A DNA stretch of 64,000 nt from an uncultured Ruficoccus sp. (GCA_965140785.1 OZ223475.1:1-64000), one strand, 5' to 3'; counted from the first letter of the stretch, positions 32,378 to 42,581 are shown. Notes: generated by a model not told the origin, from the letters alone. Numbers and translations are program-made.

Positions 32378-34522
32378 CTACTCGCTGCGCTGATTAAAGA
32401 GGCTGCGGTAATTAAAGCTGCGGCTGGCCTCCTGCCACCACGGACTGAGCTGGTGGTCGGGCTGGGACCAGACCTGCTTGTGCAGCCGCACGGTGGATTC
32501 GTAGTCGAGCAGCAGGCGCATCTTTTCGGCATTACTGAGCGCCTCGGCCCCTTCGTGGAGGAGCTTATCTTCGAGCTTTTGCAGGGTCTGGCGCACATGC
32601 GGATCGGGTTGAGACCTTTCGCGCATGAGCAGGCCGTGCAGGGCGTTGATGTAGGGATCGAGCACAACCCCGAGCAGCCCGATGTCCTCGAAGCGCTCTA
32701 CCGAGGCCGGCAACGGCGCCCCCTCCCGCGTGCGCTCGCGCAGGTCGCGAACCTCCTGCGGGGGCTCCGTCTCCTCGGGGGTGAGCAGCAAGCCGCGCTG
32801 GCGGAACCATTGGCCGGTGCTTTCGCGGCTGGTGTAGATGGACAGAGGGATGGCCAGGAGCCAGCCCAGCAGAACCGGGCTCATCCACCAGAACAGCATC
32901 GGGCTGACCATCCAGGCCAGGATGCCCCACAGCAGGCCGACGGCGAAGTGTCCGCGGTGCGCGGCAAAAGCTTCCCGAAAGGTGGTCCCATCTCCCGAAT
33001 CACGGACCTGGGTGGACCATTTGACCTTTTGCCCGAGCAGGATGGTGATGACGAAGCCGCTGTGAAAGAGCATCATGGACGGGGCGATGACGGTGAAGAA
33101 GAGCACCTCGACGAGGATGGAGGCGGCCGCCTTGAACCAGCCGCCGGAGCCCTTCGCCTCCCGGGAGCGGAACGCCAGCCAAACCAGGGTCATGAGCTTC
33201 GGGCCGAAGATCATGACGGCTGTCAGCCCGAGCAGAATCAGCCCCTGGTCGGCCAGGGACTCGGGCATGAGGGGCAGGCTGCTGTCGCGGACGACCAGCG
33301 TGAGGTCGCTGCCGACCCACTGGTAGGTGGCCAGGGTGGTCAGGCCCAGAAAGAGCAGCCACAGCGGCGAGGCCAGGTAGCCCATGATGCCGTTGATCAT
33401 GTGGATGCGGCTCTGGTTGGGAATCTTGCCGAAGAGCACCAGCCAGATGTGCTGGAGGTTGCCCTGACACCAGCGCCGGTCACGCTTGGCCAGGTCGATC
33501 AGGGTGGGGGGCATTTCCTCGTAGCTGCCCGCCATGTCATAGGCGAGCCAGACCTCAAAGCCCGCCTTGTGCATAAGCACGGCCTCGACAAAGTCGTGGC
33601 TGAGCACACGCCCGCCCAGCGGCTCCACTCCCGGCAGCTCGGGCAGCGTGCAGTATTTCAGGAAGGGCTTGAGGCGGATAATGGCATTGTGGCCCCAGTA
33701 GTTGCCATAGTTCTGCTGCCAGGCATTGAGCCCGGCGCCGGAGAGGTGCCCGTGCACGCGGTTGGTGAACTGCTGTAAGCGTGCCAGCAGGGTGCGCCCG
33801 TTGAGCAGGCCGGGCATGGTTTGGATGATGCCGACCTGCGGGTTGCGCTCCATCATCTCGGTCATGCGCACGATGCACTCGCCGCTCATCAGGCTGTCGG
33901 CGTCAAAGCAGAGCATGGTGTCGTAGGAGCCGGCCCAGCGGCGGCAGAAGTCGGCCACATTACCGGACTTCTGGTTGATGTTATTGCGACGGCGGCGGTA
34001 GAAGAGCTTGCCGTGGGCACCGAGGCGCAGGGCGGTTTCGTTCCAGGCGATCTCCTCCGCGATCCAGTGGTCGGCGTCGGTCGAGTCGCTCAGGACGAAG
34101 ACGTCGTAGTGTTCGATCTGGCCGAGTTGCTGGAGGCGGTGATACACGGTTTCCACCCCGGCGAAGAACCGGTCGGGGTCCTCGTTATAGATCGGAAAGA
34201 TCAGGGCCGTGCGGGTAGAGAGTTCAATCGTGGCCGGGTCCTTGTCCAGGTCGATGGTCCGGCTGATGGCGTGCGGGTCCTGCTTGCGCAGCGAGATGAA
34301 CAGCCCGAAGAGCGGCTGGAGAAAACCGAAGGTGATGTGCGCGAAAAGGATGACGAACAGCACCAGCAGCAGAAACCCCGTGGCGGTGAAGCCGGCCCGA
34401 TTGAGCAGGTCCCAGTAAATGGCGCCGCCCATGATTGTCAGCAGGGTGTGCAGGCCGAAGAATAGCACGCGGGCCCAGGGAGTGGCCGGAGTGGTTGAGG
34501 GCGGTGTTTCGTCGGTGCTCAT
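32378..34522 (-). CDS. opgH: Periplasmic glucan glucosyltransferase OpgH/MdoH
   Basis: FPIYNED, KSGNVADF, DADSLM, YWGHNAIIR, LSHDFVEA, RDRRWCQGNLQH; true start taken as MSTDE at 34522. Confidence 0.93.
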   Translation of the reverse strand: MSTDETPPSTTPATPWARVLFFGLHTLLTIMGGAIYWDLLNRAGFTATGFLLLVLFVILFAHITFGFLQPLFGLFISLRKQDPHAISRTIDLDKDPATIELSTRTALIFPIYNEDPDRFFAGVETVYHRLQQLGQIEHYDVFVLSDSTDADHWIAEEIAWNETALRLGAHGKLFYRRRRNNINQKSGNVADFCRRWAGSYDTMLCFDADSLMSGECIVRMTEMMERNPQVGIIQTMPGLLNGRTLLARLQQFTNRVHGHLSGAGLNAWQQNYGNYWGHNAIIRLKPFLKYCTLPELPGVEPLGGRVLSHDFVEAVLMHKAGFEVWLAYDMAGSYEEMPPTLIDLAKRDRRWCQGNLQHIWLVLFGKIPNQSRIHMINGIMGYLASPLWLLFLGLTTLATYQWVGSDLTLVVRDSSLPLMPESLADQGLILLGLTAVMIFGPKLMTLVWLAFRSREAKGSGGWFKAAASILVEVLFFTVIAPSMMLFHSGFVITILLGQKVKWSTQVRDSGDGTTFREAFAAHRGHFAVGLLWGILAWMVSPMLFWWMSPVLLGWLLAIPLSIYTSRESTGQWFRQRGLLLTPEETEPPQEVRDLRERTREGAPLPASVERFEDIGLLGVVLDPYINALHGLLMRERSQPDPHVRQTLQKLEDKLLHEGAEALSNAEKMRLLLDYESTVRLHKQVWSQPDHQLSPWWQEASRSFNYRSLFNQRSE

Positions 34523-35095
34523 CGGGCCAGGGTGATGATGATGGCAATTCCGCCCCACCAGGCAGGCGGAGAAGACGCAGATGCGCAGGATGGAGTTGCT
34601 AAAAATGCGACGCGTGCCTTCAGCCATGTCACTGACGGTTTCAAACTGGATCTGGGGCACCCCGATGGAGGCCCGGTGCATATTCGGCACCCCGATGATG
34701 CGGGCCTCCCTTACCGCCTGCAGCATGGCCGGGTCGAACTCCTGCCCGGAGAGAAAACACTGGGGCCAGCGCTGGATGATGCGGGAGGCCTGGACGATGG
34801 TCAGCATCCGCGCCTCGCTGTAGCCATTGCGGCCTTTCTCGTCTGTGGCATTGTTGAGGCGCCTCAGCCACGCCGACAGGCGACAACGCAAATTGTCCAC
34901 TGCGACGGCTTCCGGCTCCTGGCCGGGAGCAAGTAAAGGCATGGCTTCATGCACAATCTCGTGCGCCAGCTCGTGCCGTACGAAGGAGTTCTCCACCTCG
35001 TAGGCCCGCAGGAGAGAAGCGACTTTACGGTAGGCCCGATCCCAGGCCTGGAGATCCGTGGACGGGTCGTTTAGGGGCGCCATTGATAGATCCAC
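34519..35095 (-). CDS. Hypothetical protein between opgG and opgH, fused to opgH by an apparent +1 indel
   Basis: Removing one base near 34553-34556 gives a TM end '...LVGGIAIIITLAR*' whose TGA overlaps the opgH ATG (ATGA). Confidence 0.7.
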
Positions 35096-36570
35096 ATTTC
35101 GCTGACCGGCTTGTCCCCGCGCATCAGTTGCAGCTTGAGGTCGGCCATCGGCGTGTCGGGCAGCGCGCGCAGGTCGAAGTGCACACGCAGCCCGGAGGTG
35201 ACGGAATTGTACAGGATTTGCGGCTGCTGGACGATCTCGGTGCCCTCGGCGCTGAGCTTGGCCGTGAGGTCGCGGATTTCCACCGGTTTGAATTTATCCG
35301 GCGCGGTGAAGTCCACCAAAAAGGAAGTGGCCCCGGCGAAGTGCAGGGAGGGGCCGATCCGGGTGGCCTCGACCCGCTCGACATCGCTGTCCGGTTCGAG
35401 GTACTGGAAGTTGAGCCAGTAGGACAGCTCGTACGGCTGGCCCGGCTGGGGCGGATCGGCGGGACGGAAAAAGGCCACGATGTTGTCCACGGTTTCCTGG
35501 TCCTGATGAAACTCGAAGAGCACGACATCGCCCTTGGGCCAGTCGCCCCGGGCCTGAACCCAGGCCGACGGGCGCTTGTCGTAGCGCTCGCCCAGGTCCT
35601 GGTAATTGTCGAAATTCCGGTCGCGCTGGAGCAGGCCGAAGCCGTAGAGCTTTTCCGTGGAGATAGCGGTGAAGTGGTTGCCGGGGTAATTGGTCAGGGG
35701 GCGCCATAGCCAGTTGGAGCCTTCATGGACGATCAGGCCGTCGGAGTCGTGGACCTCCGGTCGCCAGTCGCCGGTTAGCTTGTCGCGGGCCTCGCCGTAC
35801 CAGAACATGCTGGTCAGAGGCGCGAAGTAAATGTCGTCCCGGGCATCCTTGCGACGGAAGACGCGCGCGGTGACTTCTATCTGGGTGCTTTCGCCCGGGG
35901 TGAGAAAGAAGCGGTAAGCCCCGGTCACGCTCGGACCCTCCAACAGGGCCAGTATCTCCAGCGAACGGGCGTCAGGGGTCGGTTTTTTTAGCCAGAAGCG
36001 GCTGAAGCGGGGGAACTCCTCGTTGTCCCCGCCGGTGCCCACGGCGAGCCCGCGGGCCGAGAGCCCGTAGTACTGGTCCCGGCCGAGGGCGCGGAAGTAC
36101 GAGGCCCCCTGGAAAACCAGCACGTCGTCAAAAACATCCGGTTTGTTCAGCGGAGCGCGCACCCGCAGCCCCGCGTAGCCCTGCAAGTCCCAGTCGTCAG
36201 GATTGATGCCGTTGAGGTCGAAGTTGAAAAAGTCCTTCACATACGGAATCTGCTGCGAGTGGGTGTCGCTGTATTCGTAAATCTCTACAGTCTCGGGATA
36301 GATGTACCCGTTGTGGAAGAAATCGATCTGGAAGGGCAGGTTGGCGGTTTTCCAAAGGGCTTTGTCCTTGTTGAAGCGAATCTTGCGGTACTCGTCGAAA
36401 TCGAGCGCGGCCAGTTCCGGCGGCAGTTGGGCCTTCTGGCTCGCATAGGGTTGCGTAGCCAGGTCGCGGGCGATCCCGGTGACATAGTCCAGGTTAATCT
36501 CTCGGCGTTCGAAGGCATGCAGCGGCGCCAGCCCGGAAAGGGCCAACAGAATAATCAGGCTTAACCTCAT
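35071..36570 (-). CDS. opgG: Periplasmic glucan biosynthesis protein OpgG/MdoG
   Basis: FQGASYFRALG, YGLSARGLA, EEFPRF, APLTSMF, RPEVHDSDGL, ETVDNIVAF, SEMWIYQW. Confidence 0.95.
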   Translation of the reverse strand: MRLSLIILLALSGLAPLHAFERREINLDYVTGIARDLATQPYASQKAQLPPELAALDFDEYRKIRFNKDKALWKTANLPFQIDFFHNGYIYPETVEIYEYSDTHSQQIPYVKDFFNFDLNGINPDDWDLQGYAGLRVRAPLNKPDVFDDVLVFQGASYFRALGRDQYYGLSARGLAVGTGGDNEEFPRFSRFWLKKPTPDARSLEILALLEGPSVTGAYRFFLTPGESTQIEVTARVFRRKDARDDIYFAPLTSMFWYGEARDKLTGDWRPEVHDSDGLIVHEGSNWLWRPLTNYPGNHFTAISTEKLYGFGLLQRDRNFDNYQDLGERYDKRPSAWVQARGDWPKGDVVLFEFHQDQETVDNIVAFFRPADPPQPGQPYELSYWLNFQYLEPDSDVERVEATRIGPSLHFAGATSFLVDFTAPDKFKPVEIRDLTAKLSAEGTEIVQQPQILYNSVTSGLRVHFDLRALPDTPMADLKLQLMRGDKPVSEMWIYQWRP

Positions 36571-36691
36571 AGTGGATGTCTGGCAGTTAATGCGCGTGCC
36601 CTGCCAAAGCAATTGATTCATACAAAAAAATCCCGCCCGTGAGGGACGGAAAATATGTTGAATGCAGGACTGATGCCAATCTGTGGGCGTG

Positions 36692-37573
36692 TCAACTCCC
36701 CGTATGGGCCAGAACGAGGTCTCCCAGACAAATCTTGGCCGCCGTTTTGTCGGTCAGGGCTTTGACCACCATTTCACATTTGACCATGAAGAGCAGAAAG
36801 AAGTCCGGCTCGCCGTCGAAGCATTCGGCGTTGGCCTGCCCCTTGGCCAGACGCACGTCGCAACGCTCGATCTGCTCCCAGACCGTCCAGCCGGGAGCCC
36901 CGGGGGCGGGTTTGCCGGGCCCCATCTGGACGACTTCGACCCGCTCCAGTTCCCGGATGCCGACCCCGCTCGGCGTCTTCGGCCAGCGCGTCATTGAGAA
37001 AAAACCTCCCCGCGCACGACGAAGAGAATCTTTTCCAGCTCGAAGCGTGTCAGCAGCTCGGTCAGCAGCAGCCGGTCAAAAACAATTTCTCCGGCGTTGT
37101 CTGCCAGGTAGGCCAGCGTGCGGGCGCCCCGGAGACGCTCGGTCAGCATGGGCAGGTGATTGATGGCGAGGGGCTGGCTCAGGCAACGCTCCAGGGTGGC
37201 CTCCAGATCGAAGGGAACCTGCGGGCCGTAGTCGATGACGTTGCCCGCCACCGCCAGCCGTACTGCGTGCTCGAAGGGGTCGATGATGGCCTTTCCCGGC
37301 TGCTGCCGGAGAGATTCCACCCAGGCGGCGGCCTGGGCGTTGCTCTGGCTCTTGATGTCCCCGTAGGGGTCGGCCTGGCCGGTGATTTCGCGGACGATCT
37401 GCTGCACGGTGCGGGCCAGCTCGACCGGAGACTCGTCCGGGTCGCCACCAAGCAGGTGCCCCCATAATGGCGCGTACGACGAGGTCCTGCTCCTTGTCGC
37501 TCGCCCCGGCCAGCCGGGCGGCCCGCAGGCCTTGCCGGATAAAGCAACTGAAGCAGTCGATCGTTGTTTTCAT
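36692..37573 (-). CDS. DUF89/ARMT1-like damage-control phosphatase, broken by three apparent +1 homopolymer insertions
   Basis: MKTTIDCFSCF, DPYGDIK, LAVAGNVIDYG, YLADNAGEIVFD, LNDA, AKGQANAE and FMVKC are spread over different frames; shifts at ~37460, ~37000 and ~36965. Confidence 0.85.
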
Positions 37574-37605
37574 AAGAGGGAGAAGGGGATCGGGCGTGGG
37601 GAGGC

Positions 37606-37989
37606 TCAGGCGTGATGCTCGTGGTGGCTGTGTTCGCCATGATGGCCGTGGCACAGACCGTCTTCGCTCATGGGGGCGAGGGTATGGGCCTTGTAGGCGG
37701 CGAGGGCTTCGTCCACCGTTTCGCAGTCGGTCCGGAAAACATCGATCCCCATGTCGCGCAGGCGGACAAACGCTCCCTGACCCAGTCCCTGGCAGACTAC
37801 CGCCAGCACGTCGAACCGCGCCAGCGTGTCCACCGGCGTGCAGGCGCCGTGCTCGCAGGCGGTCTTCTCCGCGTAGTGGACGACCTCGCCGCTGTCGGAG
37901 AGGATCAAATGAGCGGGAGCCTGCCCGAAGTGCGGCGAAACCGCGCTCAGCAGACCGTTGTTTTCAAGAACCGGGACGCAGATATTCAT
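37606..37989 (-). CDS. NifB/NifX-family (FeMo-cofactor-binding-like) protein with His-rich tail
   Basis: VSPHFGQAP, 'VVCQGLGQGA', C-terminal CHGHHGEHSHHEHHA. Confidence 0.88.
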   Translation of the reverse strand: MNICVPVLENNGLLSAVSPHFGQAPAHLILSDSGEVVHYAEKTACEHGACTPVDTLARFDVLAVVCQGLGQGAFVRLRDMGIDVFRTDCETVDEALAAYKAHTLAPMSEDGLCHGHHGEHSHHEHHA

Positions 37990-38102
37990 AGTTTTGTACT
38001 TGCTAGAAATGAGCATATACTCATAACTAGGTGATCACTGTTGGTCAAGCGACATTTTCTTATCGTGAGCAATTTCGTCATAAAAATCTCTAACGTCCTC
38101 GC

Positions 38103-38381
38103 ATGCGCCCGAAAAAACACCGCTGCATCCGCTGTGAACTGAAGGAAACGGTCTTCAAGCCGCGCGGTATCCCCACCTGCGAGCTGGAAGTCGTCGCGCT
38201 GGAAGCCGATGAGCTGGAGGCCCTGCGCCTGGCGGATGTGGAGCGGCTTCACCATGAGGAGGCGGGTAGCCGCATGGGGGTCTCCCGGGCGACCTTTGGG
38301 CGCATCCTCGAGTCCGCCCGCGGCAAAGTCGCCCGCGCCCTGCTCAACAACCACGCCATCGAGCTGCGCACGGGTGCGTGA
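38103..38381 (+). CDS. DUF134 putative DNA-binding protein
   Basis: MRPKKHR, FKPRGIP, ELEALRLAD, MGVSRATFGRILESARGKVARAL. Confidence 0.92.
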   Translation: MRPKKHRCIRCELKETVFKPRGIPTCELEVVALEADELEALRLADVERLHHEEAGSRMGVSRATFGRILESARGKVARALLNNHAIELRTGA

Positions 38382-38450
38382 CCCTTCATACGGTGATAAA
38401 TAAATATAGCGAACCCATTGGGTGGTCTCCCTCTCTTCCTCACGACCCCG

Positions 38451-39065
38451 ATGAAAAAATGGCTAAAAGGCGGATTGTTGTTATTGGCCGTGCTATGTTT
38501 CGCATTTTCCCTGATTACTGGTAGTCACGGGTGCTGGGGGATCGTCGGACGAAGCCAGGCGAAGAGCCTGGCGAGTCTTGTCATGACTTACCGGCTGTCC
38601 AATAACGGGGACCTGCCGCGGTTCTGGCGGGAGCTTTATCTGTATGGCCATGTAAACACACGCCGACAAAAGCCGGAGGACGATCTGACGCGGCGCTACG
38701 CCTGGCTGCCGGAGCGGCCCTCCATCGAGGAGGGGAGGGTGCTTCTGGCTACCGCGCACCCTTTTGAGGAGAACGGATACTTAATGCCGGACGACACTTT
38801 ATGGTGCCATCTCCTTGTTATGGACGAGAAGGGGTTCGTCGACGTGTTGTCGTATCCCGTCGATGAGTACCGGGAGCTTTTAGAACGCAACAATCTGCGT
38901 ATTCCCCCGGCCACGCCTTACAATCCGGATTATTTCGAGCGCGGGGTGCTGAGCGGTTTGGGCCGGCATTGGGTTGAAAACGGCACCAGCCACTCTGGCA
39001 GCGGCGTTGATTTAAAAGCTTACATCGAGAAGCTGCGCCGCGAAAAGCAGGCTGAACCTCGGTAG
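38451..39065 (+). CDS. Hypothetical membrane-anchored/secreted protein
   Basis: N-terminal hydrophobic segment; no family recognised. Confidence 0.65.
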   Translation: MKKWLKGGLLLLAVLCFAFSLITGSHGCWGIVGRSQAKSLASLVMTYRLSNNGDLPRFWRELYLYGHVNTRRQKPEDDLTRRYAWLPERPSIEEGRVLLATAHPFEENGYLMPDDTLWCHLLVMDEKGFVDVLSYPVDEYRELLERNNLRIPPATPYNPDYFERGVLSGLGRHWVENGTSHSGSGVDLKAYIEKLRREKQAEPR

Positions 39066-39128
39066 AGACCGGCTTTTCGCAAAACCGTCGAGGCAACACC
39101 TCGGCTCAAATAATCCGGATTGTAAGGC
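38915..39128. repeat. Perfect 21-bp inverted repeat (38915-38935 / 39108-39128)
   Basis: gccttacaatccggattattt and its exact reverse complement aaataatccggattgtaaggc. Confidence 0.9.
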
Positions 39129-39187
39129 CTGCCCGGATGCACTTTCCCCTTGTCGAAGGGGGAGTGGGTGGATTTGGTGGAGGGCTT

Positions 39188-40551
39188 ATGCAATACGTCA
39201 GTACGCGCGGACAAGGCGAAGCGGTCTCCTTCACACCCAGGCGGTCGCCGCCGGGCTGGCCCCGGACGGCGGGCTGTACCTGCCGCGGGAGCTGCCCGAC
39301 CTCTCTGGCAAGCTGGCCGCGTGGGAGTCGCTGAGCTACCCGGAGCTGTGTTTCGAGTTTTTAAAGGCATTCGCGACCGACATGGACGAGGCAGTCCTGC
39401 GCGCCCGGGTCGAGGAGTCCTACCAGTGCTTTACCCACCCGAAAACCGCCCCGCTGGTCGGCCTGAGCGACGACCTCTACGTCCTGGAGCTTTTCCACGG
39501 CCCGACGCTGGCCTTCAAGGACTTCGCCCTCCAGTTGGTGGGCAACCTCTACGAGGAGCAGATTCGCGGCAGCGGGGAGCACATCAACGTGCTCGGGGCC
39601 ACCTCCGGCGATACCGGATCAGCCGCCATCCACGGCCTGCTGGGCAAGGACGGGGTCAACATTTTCATCCTCTACCCGGACGGGCGCGTCTCCCCCTTGC
39701 AGGAGCGGCAGATGACGACCACCGGCGCCGACAACGTCTTTCCGCTGGCGATCACGGGCAGCTTCGACGACGCCCAGCACATCGTGAAGGAGCTGTTCGG
39801 CGATCTCGACCTCAAGCGCCAGTACCGGCTCTCGGCCATCAACTCGATCAATCTGGCCCGCATCCTCGCCCAGTGCGTGTACTACTTCTACGCGTATTTC
39901 CAGCTCCCGCCGGAGCGGCGCGAGGCGGTCGAGTTTATTGTGCCCACTGGGAACTTCGGCAACATCCTGGCCGGCTGGCTGGCCAAGGGCATGGGCCTGC
40001 CCGCCTCCTCCTTCCGCGTGGCCACGAACCAGAACGACATACTCTACCGGCTTTTCACCAGCGGCCTCTACGAGGTGGACGAGGTCGTTCCGAGCCTGGC
40101 TCCGTCGATGGACATCCAGGTCGCCTCGAACTTCGAGCGCTTCCTCTACTACCTGGAGGGGCGCGACCCCGAAAAGGTCCGCGCCGTCATGAGCGCGTTC
40201 AAGGACACCGGGCGGCACCAGTTCGAGAATTTCAACGCCGACGTCTTTACCGCCTCGCGCACGACCGATGCCGGCATCCGCGAGGTCATCGCCGACGTTT
40301 ATAAAAAATACGGCTACGTCGTCGATCCGCACACCGCCTGCGGCTTCGTCGAACGCGACCCGGCCAAGACCGCGATCGTCCTCGCCACCGCGCACCCGGC
40401 CAAGTTCCCCGACACCATCACCGAGGCGATCGGGATCGAGCCGACCGCGCCCGCCCTGGAGGCGATCAAGCAGAAGCAGATCGTCAAACACCGGCTCCCC
40501 GCCGACGAGGACGCCGTGCGCGCCTTCATCGAGGAGCATGCGCAGGTCTGA
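39188..40551 (+). CDS. thrC: Threonine synthase; apparent frameshift at ~39233
   Basis: MQYVSTRG, then GLAPDGGLYLP, LELFHGPTLAFKD, ATSGDTG, NSINLARI, VPTGNFGN, DPHTA and TAHPAKF in a shifted frame. Confidence 0.95.
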
Positions 40552-40683
40552 GGAATACAGCCACTCGGTTAAGGTCATGCAGTTCAAAGAACGAGGTTGT
40601 CAGTCTTTTTTGGAGGGAGAAGCCAAAAGCGGCACAGACGCGCGCCGTAAATCCGCGGGTTGAAATTACCCGGTGCTTACTCC

Positions 40684-42468
40684 ATGAATACCCGTATGAG
40701 TACAATCTCTCGGTACCGTCTGGTTTGGGTGGTGTTTCTGCTGCTGCTGGCAGGTTTTCTCGCCAACAGTATCAGCAGCTACTATGTCTCCCGGGCCGAG
40801 GTGCGCGAGACGATCACCGAGAGTTCCCTGCCGCTGACTTCCGACAACATCTACTCGGTCATCCAGCGGGATCTGCTGCATCCCATCTTCATTTCCTCCA
40901 TGATGGCTAACGACGCCTTCTTGCGCGACTGGACGCTAGCCGGGGAGAAAGATGTAACGCAGATGCAGCGCTACCTGCAGGAAATCCGGCGTGAATTCGA
41001 CACGGTCAGCAGCTTTTTCATTTCCGAAAAGTCCCGTAATTATTACTACAGTGATGGCATCCTCAAACAAGTCTCCGAGGACGAGCCGCGCGACCTGTGG
41101 TACTACCGCGTCCGCCAGATGGAGCAGCCCTTCGAGATCAACGTGGACCCCGACATGGCCAACCACGATGCGCTCACCGTTTTCGTCAACTACCGCGTTT
41201 TCGACTATGACAACAATTTCATCGGGGCGACCGGCACCGGGCTCACCGTCAAGCGCGTCAATGCACTGATCGAGCACTACGAAAAGCGGTTTAACCGAGA
41301 GATATTCTTCGTCAACGATGAAGGCCGTATCGTGCTCTGTCCCCGCGACAGCAGCCTTTCCTCCTATGAAGAGCTCGCCGAGGTACCCGGCCTGACGGGT
41401 AAGGTGGATGAACTGCTGCACGGCCAGGAGGAGATCAAACTGAGGTATGAGCGCGATGGTAAAACATACTTCCTGAACAGCCGCTGGGTGCCGGAGTTGC
41501 ATTGGTATCTTATGGTTGAGCAGTCGGAGGATGAACTGCTGTCGCCGCTGCGCCATACCCTGGCGCTGAACATTCTGCTGGCACTGGTCATTACCGCCAT
41601 CGTCTCGGGGATGTGTTTGTCGGTCATCAGCCTGCATCAGAAGCGCCTGAAGGCCCGCAACGCGGAACTCTCGGCCAAAAATGCGGAAATCCAGATGCAA
41701 AAGCAGGAACTGGAAAACTCGGCGCAGGCCTTGGCAGAGGCCAACGCCGCGCTTTCGGCCCTCAACCGCGAGAAGGACGAGTTTCTTGGGATTATCGCGC
41801 ATGACTTGCGGAGCCCTTTGGGCACGATCCTGGGCCTGTGCCTCCTGATTGAGGACGAGTTGGCGAATTCCCCGGGAGGGGCCCTCGAATTCCTCAAGGA
41901 TATCCAAAAAAGCAGCCTGCATATGCAGGAACTCATTGGAGACCTGTTGGACATCAGCTCGATCGAGAGTTTCCACGGCCAGGTTGATCTGGAACCGTGT
42001 GTCTGGAATCGCCTGGCTACGGACGTTCGGGATCGTTTCAGAGCACAGGCCGCGGCCAAGGAGATTCAACTGAAGACCCGTCTCGATGCCCCCGAAGGGG
42101 AGGAGGTGCTTACCCGTGTCAAGTGGATGACCATCTGCCTGAACAATCTCGTCAATAACGCGATCAAGTATTCCCCCCATGGCAGCCAGGTATGGATCGA
42201 GACCGCAGTGGCGGCCGACGGTGCCGCCGAAGTGCGTGTGCGCGACGAGGGGCCCGGTATTTCCGAGGAAGAGCACGACCGGTTGTTCCAAAAGTTCAGC
42301 CGGCTTTCATCTCGGCCAACAGGGGGCGAGCAATCCAGCGGCCTGGGCCTGTATATCGTGCACAAGATGTGCCAGCGCCTCGGGGCAACGGTCGAGCTAC
42401 AGGCGGATACGAAAAAAGGGTGCTGCTTCATTATCCGCCACCCCCGCCACAGCACGAAGCGGATCTAG
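40684..42468 (+). CDS. Membrane sensor histidine kinase with periplasmic Cache domain (orphan)
   Basis: Two TMs around a Cache region; H-box AHDLRSPL, N-box NNAIKYSP, DEGPGI, GLGLYIV. Confidence 0.92.
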   Translation: MNTRMSTISRYRLVWVVFLLLLAGFLANSISSYYVSRAEVRETITESSLPLTSDNIYSVIQRDLLHPIFISSMMANDAFLRDWTLAGEKDVTQMQRYLQEIRREFDTVSSFFISEKSRNYYYSDGILKQVSEDEPRDLWYYRVRQMEQPFEINVDPDMANHDALTVFVNYRVFDYDNNFIGATGTGLTVKRVNALIEHYEKRFNREIFFVNDEGRIVLCPRDSSLSSYEELAEVPGLTGKVDELLHGQEEIKLRYERDGKTYFLNSRWVPELHWYLMVEQSEDELLSPLRHTLALNILLALVITAIVSGMCLSVISLHQKRLKARNAELSAKNAEIQMQKQELENSAQALAEANAALSALNREKDEFLGIIAHDLRSPLGTILGLCLLIEDELANSPGGALEFLKDIQKSSLHMQELIGDLLDISSIESFHGQVDLEPCVWNRLATDVRDRFRAQAAAKEIQLKTRLDAPEGEEVLTRVKWMTICLNNLVNNAIKYSPHGSQVWIETAVAADGAAEVRVRDEGPGISEEEHDRLFQKFSRLSSRPTGGEQSSGLGLYIVHKMCQRLGATVELQADTKKGCCFIIRHPRHSTKRI

Positions 42469-42581
42469 GCAGTGTTGGCACCATACGCAACGAACGTACG
42501 GCGACTGGTTTTTACAACCTCGGCCCCGGGCAAAAAAGCGTTGCGAAATCGGCGGCGGGCGTTTTGCTTTTACGCCTTCAC

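Noticed and set aside
32378..35095. 905-aa OpgH with a novel N-terminal domain and poly-His linker
   Set aside because: One base removal restores a TM-ending upstream gene with an ATGA overlap; the His run is an out-of-frame reading of Ile codons.
37606..37989. Nitrogen fixation locus
   Set aside because: Only a NifX-like domain is present; there are no nifHDK/nifEN genes in the window.
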